Source of the DNA: Botryllus schlosseri
Taxonomy: Eukaryota
Direction of reading: 5' to 3'
Assembly: GCA_051294905.1 (NCBI GenBank)
Contig: CM119380.1
Span: forward strand, 992,001-1,056,000
Length of the DNA stretch: 64,000 nt
Made by a program: the position numbers and the translations under genes. Below are positions 1-12,727 of the stretch, in pieces. The first letter of the stretch is position 1. The number at the start of each line of letters is the position of its first letter. The notes beneath the pieces are model-generated. The model worked only from the letters and a program-made list of their open reading frames with translations, was not told the DNA's origin and made no database searches.

Positions 1-252
1 CTTTGGTCTCACCCGACCGGGCATTAAACCCACGTCCCGCTAAACAAGTCAGACGCAACTCCATCACGCAATCTTGGTGGTATCGTAGATGTACGCCAAC
101 GTTGAATGCTCGTTTTGATGTGTACCGTAGCTTGTAAAGTTGTATCATTAAGTACGTCCGTCCTGATTGCATGTTTACGAAAACAAATTACACCAACTTA
201 TTAAAAAAAATAACTAACTCATTCAGGTTCTTCGCGCTTCTAACGTAATTAT

Positions 253-1074
253 TAGGGCAAGTTTTTGTAACTTTTGCAACTTATTTTACAGCTCCCGACA
301 GCTTCCTAGATACTCAGAATATATGTACATTGTACAATTATGTTTTGAGCTGTTTGGAGGGATTTTATACTGCAACTTTTTGCAGCTTTACTCTATTTAT
401 CATGCCAACTTTTACTGCATCTTTTATCGAATATTGCGTAGTATTGTTCTATTCTCTTTGATTTGCATAACAAAGAGCTATATGATGGGATAGCTGCATC
501 TCTCTGCTAGCGTTATGACGCAATGGCTTGTAAGCAAGAAGTTCAACTACCCATGTCAAGCACGACCGTGCCCAAACAATATGTAAATAGACCGCTTTAC
601 TAATTATGTCGTTTAAATTTGAAATAGTTTCCCATTTCACGAACGCCCAGGCGAGATCGCCAAAAATTACATTTTCTCTAGGTCACCTTTTCAGGCTATT
701 GATTTTGTTTACGTCACCAAGAGTGAGGGGTTCTGTAATGTCTTTGGTAAAGTTTGCAGACCTAGGGGGTTCGGGGTGTGTTATTCGGCGTGGGCCATCG
801 CTATGCGTTTTGGCTTATTTTGGGAAAATTATTCCCGCATTGCCGATTTTCATGCTGTGTGTCGGGAAAAATGTAATTTTGGTGGTTTCGTCAAACCGTT
901 GAATGGCGAAGTAGCAGATTTGACAGCTCTGCATGAACTAGGTTATACAACGGAACCTTTCGAGAATCGCATACCCTAATTCAACAAAATCTATAAATGC
1001 AACTTTTTACTGCAATTTTTGTTAAAATTAAATGCAACTTTCTCGCGATTTAAGTGCAACAAAAACTTGCCCTA
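253..1074. mobile_element. hAT-type MITE (non-autonomous)
   Basis: 16-bp TIR TAGGGCAAGTTTTTGT at both ends; perfect 8-bp TSD GTAATTAT (245-252, 1075-1082); subterminal TGCAACTTTT repeats. Confidence 0.9.
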
Positions 1075-1794
1075 GTAATTATACTAACCAAAATCGATAA
1101 AACGTGGTTCTCCGTGCCTCAAAAGTCACTCAGCTAACTGAAATACGCTACTCGATACCGATCTCCGCACGAAGCACCTCCACCTTTGACAAGAGCGCCG
1201 GTGCACATGCGAATAACTGAAGTTCCAATTTGTCCGCGTTTGGCGTGGTCGTTGAAAAATGTATTGCCAGATAATTTTTGTACTATTGCGATCGATGGAG
1301 ATATATTTATAATTAGTATAATAAAATAAACTATTATAGATGGTACTTGTGGAAGCAAAATAGCAAATTATGTCTTAGAGAGCGAATCCGGGATCGAAAT
1401 TTGGAATGAGACCTTTGAAAAAGAAAAAATACCGGGTGGTAAATTTTAGACTCACAAAATTCTTTTTGATATAGCGTAATAAATTGACATAATGAAACAT
1501 CTGGTAAAATTTGTTTTGATTCATATCGTAATACGGACAGTTAGCTGGGGATATTCCAGTATGCGCAAATTGAGATACCCGATTACATATCCGATCTTCA
1601 GCATAGGCCAACGTTAGTGCGTAAATCACCAATATCTCTCCGAGTAATAGAAGAAATCAAAGACTATGCCGGTTCTAAATTGATCGTAGTGATTCAAAAT
1701 CTGCTCGGTGCAAACGCTGACAATTGTAGCGTCAACCAGTCTCGAAACTTTTACGGTCATAGCGTATTGCGTGGCTGATTTTTTTTGATTGTTT

Positions 1795-1990
1795 GTTTTG
1801 TGGTATTCGTGGTGTTTGTCGACTGCTATGGTCATTAAATCCATGCCAATTTTCTTAATTACTATTCCGTAGCTGCCGACTTGTAGCAGCGCCCACTTCC
1901 AGGCTTTTTATAAGACCCCGTTTGCACGGATGATATTGCGAGGAGGAGCCTAGATAAATCTTCAACACTTAGGTAGAAATTATGGAGTGG
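1795..1990 (-). mobile_element. tRNA-derived SINE family A, body and tail
   Basis: Clear similarity to 14467-14702 (GAGGAGCCTAGATAAATC, CCCACTTCCAGGCTTTTT, GTGGTGTTTGTCGAC); boundaries approximate. Confidence 0.7.
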
Positions 1991-3701
1991 CTGATGTTGT
2001 TGTTACGGCTAACACAGGATAGACCGCGTACATCGGGAGTCGGCAATTTCCGACATGCGTGCCATTTGCGGCACGCGATATAATATTTCATGACACGCCA
2101 ATTGATTTTACGCACACGAGATACTATAAACAATAAACATGTTTTCAAAAAGAGTGAAACAGAAGTTTTCAAAATGTACAAAGCTCGTCGGCAAACCGAA
2201 ATTATTTCGTAAATCATATTAATGTATGCATCGAAAATCATTTTAAAAATAAGCATAATGTACAGAAATGAGTCCAACCGTATTAGCGGTTATGACAGAA
2301 CGAAAACCTAATATAGTATGAAACCGTTTTAATGCTTTCTCGTGGGAGTGTGCACTGTGCAGCCCACGAGATCGCCACTATTTTACGAACTTGCTTTTCG
2401 GCGCTTGGCATGTTCACGCTAGGAGACACGGCCTAGACATAAGGTTTCGAACCACGTGCGACCAGCCGACCATGCTACTCCATGTGATGTGTGTGCTTCC
2501 GAAATGCTTGGCGGTGATAAAACCTTGATATAAAATAACCGTCGCATGTTAGCCTCACATAAAAGATATTCTTTTATTTTCGTCTCGTATGTCTAAGTGA
2601 TTACAATATATCTGGAGCAATGACAACCTGATATCCTTTTTCCGGACAAGTCTAATGTCAGATCAACCTTAATATACATCAAGCGAAATTGCTTGATACA
2701 GGGGTGGGCAGACATTTTAATGATCTGGCCAATCATCGTCAAAACATTGATGGGCCTGACACTTATTGGCTATCGTAACGAACAAAGTGGACTTGGAACC
2801 GACCAAAGCAACCACAGAAGATCGATCATGGCGCGCCCAAAAGTAAATGATGCAAATATTACGTACAGACCAATACGTTAAGAGTCACTGGCGTAACCGA
2901 TGCCGTTACTAACAAGTTGCTGCAATATTGGTCAATCCAGTACAAAAATAAATATTTGGCCAAAAGTCATATATTATACCTAAAAAAGCCATATATGGCT
3001 CGCTAGCCATAGGTTCCCGACCACTGCGATATGGAATGTTTGGAACCCTCGAAATAGTCGGTTCAATAGATATAGCACAATCATGTCAAAAACGATCGAA
3101 CTTCGAATGTGATTTCTACGGTTTTACTGTTTGCAACAAAGAATCGATCGAATGACATAATTGGCCAATAGTCTGCGTCATAACAAGAATACAGAAGTTC
3201 TATAAATGTCAAGTTTATAAATTCCGACATGTTGTTGCACCTGGGAGCATCACGATTTTTTAATGTTTTTTAATGGACGATTGATCGCGCACCGGCGATG
3301 TTGTCGATCTTGTGCATACTCCTCGTGCATTTCACGGCATATCTATTCGCACAGTTCATTCGAAAAGACATATAAGAAGTCACCTTGAACACACTGAGTT
3401 GTTATTCGAGTTGCTCTGGAGATTTGACGGTTTGCCTTGAAGGAATTTTCAACAATCCCTTCCCCAAACGTAACAACATTCATGTTATCTGTAATATGAT
3501 ATTAGCCATTTCAAAAACCTCCAAATCACAGTCGGGAATCCAATCGGAACACATTTCACGCATTGGCAGTTGTTGACTTTTTCAACCAATCATGTTACTG
3601 CCAGTTGTAAATCGGCAACGATATCATTTGATTTGGTGCAGTAGTAAACTTTGCCTGACGCTTAACAATTAAATTCTACGCAAGGTACGACAGTGCTACA
3701 T

Positions 3702-4314
3702 TAGGGCTGTTCAAAAATTACTTTTTTCCCGATTCATGCCGGTCACCTCTAAAATCGTCAGGTTGCAGTAGAACACCTTGCTCATCAAATTTCACTCGAT
3801 TCAAACCAGTAAAAGCCTCCGCAGATCCAATTAAAATTTTAAATTTATTAAGGAAAATTGAAAAAAAAATCTTCCAAATTTTTTTGCCAACCCAATGAAA
3901 TTGTTGAGCTGTCTTCAAAGACGTTGCAAAACAAATTTGAATCAATTCCGACCAGTAGAAGCGGAGTTATGTGAGTTTTTCGATGATAATCCTCGGATTA
4001 TCCTTGATCGGTGGATAATCAGCGATTTCTCAACGAAAAACTTACATAACTCCGCTTCTACTGGTCGGAATTGACTCAAATTTGTTTTGCAACGTCTTCG
4101 AAGACAGCTCAACAATTTCAAGGGGTTGACAGAAAAATTTGGATTTTTTTTTTTATTTTCGATAATAAATTAAAATTTTTAATTGGATCTACGGAGTCCT
4201 ATACTTGTTAGAATCGAACCAAATTTGGTGTGCAGCGTTTTTTAGGGTAACCTGACAATTTAATCAGTCAATGGCTGGAATCTGAAAAAAAAAAGTTATT
4301 TTTGAACAGCCCTA
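3702..4314. mobile_element. Foldback-type MITE with 9-bp TSD
   Basis: TIR TAGGGCTGTTCAAAAA; whole element is an imperfect palindrome (about 3900-3990 vs 4030-4120 near-perfect); direct repeat GTGCTACAT at 3693-3701 and 4315-4323. Confidence 0.88.
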
Positions 4315-6118
4315 GTGCTACATATGTCTATCACTACACGTGTACACTATGTATGTCTTGTCGGCATGTAGATTGTAAGCGTTTCAGTGTAGTGATGATG
4401 TTCACTGTTAAGTGTTCAGTCACTTTGGTCTGAACGTAATTATCCCAAAAGGCCTTAAGAACGCCGAGATCGGGCCTGGAATGGCATGCATTACGATTTC
4501 GAAGAATTGGAGCTGCGATACGTTCATCCTGCTGTTCATCGCAAAGTGAAACTGATTTTCTAAACGAGGTATTACATATAATGATTGGGAAACTGTCTTC
4601 AACTTCATGTAGCCTACTATCACCCCGTCGTATATACTATACTGCAGGAGCATCCAACTGACGGGCAGCGATACGGACCTTATCTGTCTCATTATTTACT
4701 ACCTTATCGCGGAGCTGTACCCACCCTCTGAAATAAGAAACGCGCGGGTTTACGGGTCTTTTTAATGTTGAAATGCATGTAATCTAATTACATTTTAATT
4801 TATGAATAATTTTTGATCTAAGTGTAGGCCTAATCCTAATCTAATTACGAAATGTTTCTATGCTCTAATTTCAGTTATTGTCCAATTCCTAGTTTTTCTG
4901 AAAAGGCTACAGGAGAATTGCATAGTACGAAAGGAACGAAGCTTTCTTCACATACATTTGCTAATAACATGCTTATGAGATTTGACACTAATTTGATATA
5001 AACTAGACTTCATTCAATGCCCACGTTTTCGCGAATTCAGTTCTTCTAATTAGAATATCATTTGGAAATAAACTGCACAGTTGTAGTTTTGATCTAATTC
5101 GTAAAAGCTTAAAAATTTTTCGTTATCATACGCTGCCCTGGAACAGACTAAAGTCTATATTACGAAACGATGTAAAAAAATTCGTTCGAAATTTATAAAT
5201 CAATTTCAAGTCTCAGATTTCATTTCTCTAATTAATGAAGCAGCATTGAACATCTTTAATTTTGTGAGTTAGAGATACAATAAAATGTTTGGCGAATTGG
5301 CAGGACAGTTGACGCGTATACCGGCCGCTGAGAACCAATTATATACCACATTTTAGCATAACGCATTCGTTTCGGATATCCATTTTCTGGATAAAGAGAT
5401 CATTGTTTTTCAAATAAGTTTTGCATTCCATTCGTTCAACCCCATGTATAATTGGTAGCTCTTTGCAGGTGTACGCTAAAGCACAAAGCGTTCAACTACT
5501 TGTCCGTGGAAGAAAGCTTACCCACTCGCATTGCTAGATGTATATCCCGTTAGGAATGTGCTATTTTATAATAGCAGTGAGAATAGCCACAAATGAAATT
5601 CTCTCGAATTCAGGGTAAACATCACGAAACATAATAAATTTCAACTATATAAGGGAGTGCAGTGTAAGACCTTGTTTAATCTCGCGGGATAGCAATCTCG
5701 CGCCGTTGTAGAACTGCCAGTCTGTCCTACATATTATCGGGCTTTGTTACGAGAAATTGGTTGAAATATTTCGTCGATGTTGATCATTCATCGGTAACAG
5801 AAGTGAGCTGGAGAGCGGATTGAAATAATTTTACCGGGAATTCTCAAACAATAATGTGTAATGTATATTATGATCACACGGTACAATAATTTAGGAATTT
5901 CTCTGGTACAGCAACGTGGCCGTTATAACATATCACAGATTCGCAGCAAAACAACGTCATGGTGCACTGTCTTGATCCGATTTTCGGGCTGTATACTCGG
6001 GGAGTGACCATCCCTGGAAGGCACTGCGTTTAGCTCCTTTGGAATCACACGGCATAAGATCTCGTTATACATTCTCGCTGCTCCGACAGAACTTCGTTTC
6101 GATACCCAATGTTTAGAC

Positions 6119-6968
6119 CAGTGGTTCTATACCGGGGGCCCGCGAAGCATTTTCACGAGGTCCGCGAAGCCTCAAATAGTTGATAACCTAATTTGTATTT
6201 TTCTAAATTCGGAAAATCACGAGGCAGTTTCGCTTCATTACTAATATAACTCAAGAGATCACATCAACAGAATGACCAACTGAGATGAGATATCCTTCTG
6301 TGCAGCATCATTTCAATTTCCGAATTGTCAATAGCCTATTGATAAAAACATGTCTCTGTTTAGAGGTGTTTTGTTGGGATTGTAGAAAAAAGTTGGATGA
6401 GCAAGGTCAATCACAGTGACTTTGAAATGTTTACAAAAATCCATTTTCTCCTATGATATACATAACCATTTTATCCATAATAACTTCAAGATAAGCTGAT
6501 AGATAGAAATGGCCAGGCTTAACGTCATATGTCCATTAAAAAAGTTTTTGCTAATTTTGGGGCCATATTTGTTGCGATCATACCTAAATGTGTCGTCGGA
6601 AGCGTTACGCGTTATTATTACAATCGCCACCACTTATGTTTGTGGAAATGGATTTTCGGCACTCGTTCATATCAAATTGAAGGAGCGGATGTTCAAGACA
6701 TGACCACGTATTTCAAGAAATGCAGTTGCAGAGTTCGTTTTGAAATAATAGAAGTCAACCCAATTTTTACATTAATAGTATGGTCTTATTTTCAAGAAAA
6801 GTCATTTTGTTGCTGTTTATCACCAAGCCTACAGTTATCATTTGCACTAGGCAGATGACGATTGTACGATAATTGAGCTAAATGTGAACTAAAACTTCGT
6901 GGGAGTCCACGAGGGTCCGTGACGGTCTGAAACGGGTCTGCGAAGACAAAGTAGGTTGAGAACCGCTG
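6119..6968. mobile_element. hAT Charlie/Buster-type MITE
   Basis: Ends CAGTGGTTCT... and ...GGTTGAGAACCGCTG; degenerate TSD GTTTAGAC/GTTTGGAT (6 of 8). Confidence 0.7.
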
Positions 6969-7285
6969 GTTTGGATATATAAATGCACATCACTTATCCC
7001 ATATCTCGACTTCGTAACAAATCTCTTGGATGTGATTCCACGACCTATATATTTCAACACAATTATACAGAAATAGATGCAGCCACCCACTCCTTGCTTG
7101 AATGAAGTCCACTGTTACTACAAACAATTATGGCGATTATATAACCATATAACCTAACAGTCGGAGTTAGGTGATATCTTGCATACCTGCCGACTGAACT
7201 CACTGGTACCAACTTTTCATCGGGGTCTTAAATGCAGATGTCTGACCTGAAGTATTTTGCACCATACCTTGTAGATTCTCTCATA

Positions 7286-7547
7286 ATGTCGAAATCCATC
7301 TCGAGGTTGATTCCTGTCTTGGCATTGTTCTGGTGCGTGAGGTCGAGTAGCCAACAACATTTAATTTGCAAGAACATCGAAGATGTTTTTCCGGAGGATG
7401 GAATAGCGGAAACTCAACCGCGTCACAGTGGAGTCCAGGGCCCTGCAGAGATATTTGGTCCAAAAGGAGAACGGGGTAATAGAGCTCCTCCTGTGCAGAT
7501 GGACTACGATCTAATTGATGACATCATCGCTGTAAAAGTAACGAATT
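7286..7547 (+). CDS. Collectin-like secreted C-type lectin, coding exon 1 (signal peptide and short degenerate collagen repeat)
   Basis: MSKSISRLIPVLALFWCVRSSSQQHLIC...GVQGPAEIFGPKGERGNRAPPVQMDYDLIDDIIAVKVTN; phase-1 donor T|GTAGGT; AG acceptor just upstream of the ATG. Confidence 0.8.
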
Positions 7548-7611
7548 GTAGGTCTTTCATGAAAGCATTCTATATTACGATCCAATCAGTATACTAACAT
7601 TTCCCTTACAG

Positions 7612-7674
7612 CCTTTAGCGTGATAAATTCAACAATCGCCGAATTGAGCAGAAACGTATCAACTCTGTTATCAG
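7612..7674 (+). CDS. Collectin-like lectin, exon 2 (coiled-coil neck)
   Basis: 63-bp phase 1-1 exon SFSVINSTIAELSRNVSTLLS after a 64-bp intron with TACTAAC branch point and TTTCCCTTACAG acceptor; donor G|GTACGC. Confidence 0.8.
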
Positions 7675-7754
7675 GTACGCGGTGAATATATATTTCGATC
7701 CATATTTAGCTAAGTTATAAGTGTGGATATCGAATATTTTTAATAAATACCATA

Positions 7755-8282
7755 CATCGTTGTGACGACTCGAGTCATGACTTGACGCGAGCCACTTTAC
7801 CAAAACGACTTGACCTGGCTTGACGGGGAGTTTCAAAAATGTTTGATTGACTTGTGACTCCAAGCAAAATATTTCAAGTCATCAAGTAATCGGCGCCGAC
7901 CAACTCTGCGTAAACAATTGGCGCTGGTTTAAATCGTATCGCATGAATGTGTAGGTTGATCTTATTCTGCATCATATCAATTTCTTTCAATTTGTTCCAG
8001 AGGTTGCATTTTCTATAATCTATATGCCCGACGGTTACCAGCATATATAAGTTTATCAGTTCTACGTATATTTGAGCCAAGCAGCGTATTGTTGAAGGCA
8101 TAATTGTCTCGATATTCGGTAGTCGATTCAGAGTAGCGACTCAAACTATACTTCAATAATCTTGCAAATTGCAATCAATTAACTCATGCCTCGTACTTCG
8201 AAAGTTCGACATGGCGTTGTGACTTTGACTTCACCCGAGTCAAAATGAGCAATGACTCGAGATGACTTGTGACGCAACACTG
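7755..8282. mobile_element. Degenerate hAT MITE of the GACTCGAGTC-repeat family
   Basis: GACTCGAGTC/GACTTG subterminal arrays at both ends and right end ...GCAACACTG; resembles 24602-25565; no TSD found. Confidence 0.6.
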
Positions 8283-8560
8283 ATGCAAAACTATATAATA
8301 AGTATAGCCCAAGGCAGTCGGCAGTTGTAGTTGATTATAAGACTGACTTCATCCACGTGTCTACGTGTAAGTCCACGTGTACCAAACTCCTATTATTGAT
8401 GTAGTGTCAACAGTCACCGATATTCAAGATACACGTACAGTCGTACAGTCGTACACACGTTACACTCGCTGATGATCTTGCTTCTAAATGATACTGCCAT
8501 AAGTCTGCCATTCAAAATCCAAAGCAATACTGATTCATGTAACTAGATTCTAACTCTATA

Positions 8561-9069
8561 TGCAACGCAGCGAGTGCTACTTCATACATGTCGTACGAAT
8601 TGTACCACCCTTTCCTTTCTCATTGAGTCATGCCGTAATCATGACATCCCATTCACGACTTATAACCTCTTGGTCCAGCCCGAGCTATTAACCCCTGTGG
8701 CTAAATTCGTGCTATCATGTCGTAGAATCCTTTAATTATTGATTCGCATATAGCCGATGTTGAATTACATTGTAAGGGTACTTATACCAGGAGGTAATTG
8801 CAGACCGTGGTTCACCAGAAACTTGAGGGAGATAAGCGCCACTACAACTTTTAACCATATTAATAACGCTCAACGGCTATATGCGAATCAATAATTAAAG
8901 GATTCTACGACATGATAGCACGGTTTTAGCCACAGGGGTTAATAGCTCGGGCTGGACCAAGAGGTTATAAGTCGTGAATGGGATGTCATGATTACGGCAT
9001 GACTCAATGAGAAAGGAAAGGGTGGTACATTTCGTACGACATGTATGAAGTAGCACTCGCTGTGTTGCA
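8561..9069. repeat. Long near-perfect inverted repeat (~200-bp arms, ~105-bp spacer)
   Basis: About 8561-8763 is the reverse complement of about 8870-9069 with only a few mismatches. Confidence 0.93.
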
Positions 9070-10425
9070 ACGCTCAAAATGAGAGAAACGATATGGGAGT
9101 CAACGCCTCTTCATGGACAGCACAAGAAGTTAACTTCACAGCCCCATGTAGACGAGCTTTCAAGAACCTGGCTATCCAGCTCTGGTTTGAAATCGCCAAG
9201 CGAAGGATTCATTTTCGCAGCACAAGACCAATCGCTTTCTACAAAATACAATCGCAAATGCATTCTGAAGCAAAACACGGACGGCAAATGCAGAATGTGC
9301 CACAACCAAAATGAAACTGTGGCATATCTCATGTCCGGCTGTGGTGCACTTGCAGCTACCGAATACACATGGAGACACAATAGGACTGGTCACTACACTC
9401 ATCTTGAATTATGCAAACATTTGAACATCACCACTTCGACAAAACATTGGTACGATTACAGCCCAGCACCAGTGACAGAAAAGGACCAGGTAAAAATTCT
9501 GTGGGATGTACCAGTTATAACTGACCGCGAAATGAGAAGCAACCGCCCGGATATGATCATCAAACTAAAAAAGAAAAGAGAATGCGTATTCATTGAACTG
9601 GCTGACCCAGCTGATCACAATATACAACAAAAAGAATCAGAAAAGCAGTCCAAATACGCAGACCTCAAAGTGGAATGTGAGAAAATGTGGCGATGCAAAA
9701 TAAACATTGTACCGATTGTCATTGGCGCTACAGGAGTCGTAAGCAAAAAACTCATGAGACGTATCCAACAGATTCCGGGTAACGTTCGATTCGACATGAT
9801 CCAAAAGATCACGTTATTGGGCACTGTGCATATTCTTCGGAAGGCCTTGAATGCACCACTCGACTAAAATTATACTAGTGAATCACAGCATCATTTCTGT
9901 AATTTCGATTCTTCATTTTCATTCATCTTTACCTCTGCTCTGTAACCCTTGCCAATTCTTCATCTACTGCAATTCTGTCATTGACTTCTCCATGTATTGC
10001 ATAGGAATAACAATTTGACTGCATTACTGAAATTTTAAAAAATTACTCTAATCTCGCTATTTTCCTTTGGGTACAGGTCGCTCCACCCGGATTATGTGTG
10101 TATTGACCAGTTTCTTACTGTGAATAAAGAATATATTAATAACCACCGGACTAAAATTATACTAGTGAATCACAGCATCATTTCTGTAATTTCGATTCTT
10201 CATCTTCAATCATCTCTACCTCTGCTCTGCAACCCTTGCCAATTCTTCAGCTACTGCAATTCTGTAATTGACTTCTCCATGTATTGCATAGGATTAAAAA
10301 TTTGAATGCATTACAGAAATTTTAAAAATTCACTCCAATCTCGCCATTTTCCTTTGGGTGCAGGTCGCTCCACCCGGATTATGTGTGTATTGACCAGTTT
10401 CTGACTGTGAATAAAGAATATAATA
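9070..10425 (+). mobile_element. 5'-truncated RLE-type non-LTR retrotransposon (R4/Dong-like) with tandemly duplicated 3' UTR
   Basis: ORF 9079-9867 has a CRMC...YLMSGC zinc knuckle, RHN, and PD..E..K restriction-like endonuclease motif (RPDM...ELADP...K); ~285-bp 3' end present twice, each ending AATAAAGAATAT(A/T)AT. Confidence 0.9.
9079..9867 (+). pseudogene. C-terminal fragment of retrotransposon ORF (zinc knuckle and RLE endonuclease), 262 aa
   Basis: Open frame from the ORF track with LHGQH, AAQDQSL, CRMC, RHN, ILWD, NRPD, PIVIGATG motifs typical of R4-clade proteins; RT domain absent. Confidence 0.88.
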
Positions 10426-10877
10426 ATTGTACCACCCAACAAGTGATCCCTCCCCGAGATAAGTTGTGGCGAGTATGTTTCGTGGAGTCGAAAATGGAAT
10501 AGGTCCTATTCACTCACAACGACGAACCTGCTGTTCACATATTTTATATAATTTATCAAATATTTTCTCGAGGAAGTTTATAGCGGTGATATTACATGAA
10601 TTAAATCTGTGAATCCCAGTGTTGTAACCAGGTCAAAAGGTTCCGACTTCCGAGTCACCACTCTATCTTACTTTTAGATTTATTCGAGACAAGTCGGGTC
10701 ACTACGACGGAAAGGGTCGAGTCCCAGTCGCACTGTTGAGACTCGAGTCTGAGTCAAAGTCATACTGTTCAGTCTTAGGTTCGAGTCATGATCAATTCAT
10801 TATTTACAACTCAACTCGGGTGAAATTAATCCTTCGCATTCATAGTATACTTATTTGTCTCACTCCTAAATAAAGTA

Positions 10878-12727
10878 GGGGAGACCGGGGACAAATGTAA
10901 CAGGGGGCAAATGTAACAATCGACCTCACCGCTAGTAGAATGATGAAATCGCCTTCATATTTTGAGTGCACATGCGGTATAGTTATGTCTTCTAATATGT
11001 CTGAAGTTACGTTGAGCTGCGACGCGAAACCCCGGAATAATTTTTAAAAAACGAAATCGTGGACCTTTGAGTAAATATTTACTGATATAGAATATTTTGT
11101 TCTGAAGAATAAAACCTCAACTGGTTACAATCCAATATATGTAGTTGGAACAATGTTACCATAATCTACCGTGATGATAGGGAAACTATGACTCGCGTCG
11201 CCGGGAAGGCACCATCCTGAGACATAAATCATGGTCGAGCGTGTCAGGGGCAATTGTAACCAGGGTTGAAATGACTCGAGTCACATTTTTCAGATGACTC
11301 GACTTGACTCGAGTCATTTTCTCAAAATACGGAAATGACTCGACTCGTCTCGAGTCAATTTGTGTATTGACTCGACTTGGACTCGAGTCATTGCGCATGA
11401 CTCGAACCAAGTCATATGACTCGAGACTCAGACGGCCAAGACCGACGTTTCATTGTAATTTCGAGGAATAGTACAGTAATCACACTATTGGGATTTCTTC
11501 TATTGGTACTGGTACTTGAAAACACGTCCAGAAACTGCTAAAAATGACGAAAATTAGTATATTATAAATGCGAACCATTCGATATCACCAAACAGAGTCA
11601 TAAAAAGTGGATTTAAGAAGCCTTTAACTGTAAACTTGGAAGTCAACATAATGACTTGGACTCGACTCGAGTCATAATACCATGACTCGGACTCGAACCT
11701 CTGCTCGGTGACTTGGACTCGAACTTGACTCGGTAGTGAATTGAAAATGACTCGATTTGACTCGAGTCAAAACTATAAAACTGAGATTGACTTGTGACTC
11801 GGAGCCTTGTGACTTGGTTACAACCCTGATTGTAACAATACCAGAACAGACTCTACCTGGTCATATCAATTCTAACATGATACTCTGTCGGATCGGCCAT
11901 ACAGAAGTGGGGATGTGAATCTTAGGGTCCGGTTATTTCCGTGATTCTACTAACCTATCTCATGTTGATCGACATTTACTTTGTCGACTTTCAATGGTCA
12001 CTTAAGAACTTGCCCATGACTGAATCCTCATCCCCTGACCTTGAGCATGGCCCACTTACATTTTGTCATCTGGTGTGAACAATTTATTTTAATTTTGTAC
12101 AGAACAGAAGAATACCATTAGCTTTGACGCCACACATCGTTTGCTACGCTATCATCGGCCCATTCAACAAAGATATTTTAGCCAGGTCGGTTTCGCACCT
12201 TCGCAGGTGACCGAATGCCCAACCCATTATGCACGCTGAACTACAGCACCTTGGTAGAAGAGGCCGAATATGTGTAGGGAGATTACGGAATGAATGTGTT
12301 TCTTGTACACTTTGAGCTCATGTAGGAGGCACGAAAGATGATAATTTCTTCAGATGCAAAAATGCAATGGGGCGTAGCCTGGAAGCGTTCAAACTTCTAT
12401 TTTTTAGTTTAATTCAATAGTAAAATTTGTGCTCCCATTATTGTTGTTCATTTCGTATGTTTTTAGTTATAAAGAACACTGTTACAATTGCCCCGCATGT
12501 GCGTTACAATTGCCCCGGGGTACGGGGCGATTGTAACATTTGAGCGACGATTTTCGCGACCCAAAAATTTCCATGATTGATTATTATTGATGGAGTTTCA
12601 TTTTAGTTTTTATATCAACTATCGAGTTGTTGGCTTCTTTATATAAAAGTTTGACAATGAAATATTCACGAGAAAAACACGTAATGTTCGAAAATAAAAA
12701 ACTGTTACAATTGTCCCCGATCTCCCC
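10878..12727. mobile_element. TA-flanked pogo/Tc1-mariner-like non-autonomous element
   Basis: TIR GGGGAGACCGGGGACAAATGTAACA / TGTTACAATTGTCCCCGATCTCCCC; TA on both sides; internal GGGGCAATTGTAAC repeats. Superfamily assignment rests on the TA TSD. Confidence 0.8.
11261..11828 (+). mobile_element. Young hAT MITE nested in the pogo-like element
   Basis: Ends CAGGGTTG...CAACCCTG; perfect TSD ATTGTAAC (11253-11260, 11829-11836); GACTCGAGTC arrays. Confidence 0.92.

Noticed and set aside
1-75. tRNA-derived SINE head on the minus strand
   Set aside because: Only a degenerate B-box-like segment cut by the window edge; too little to call.
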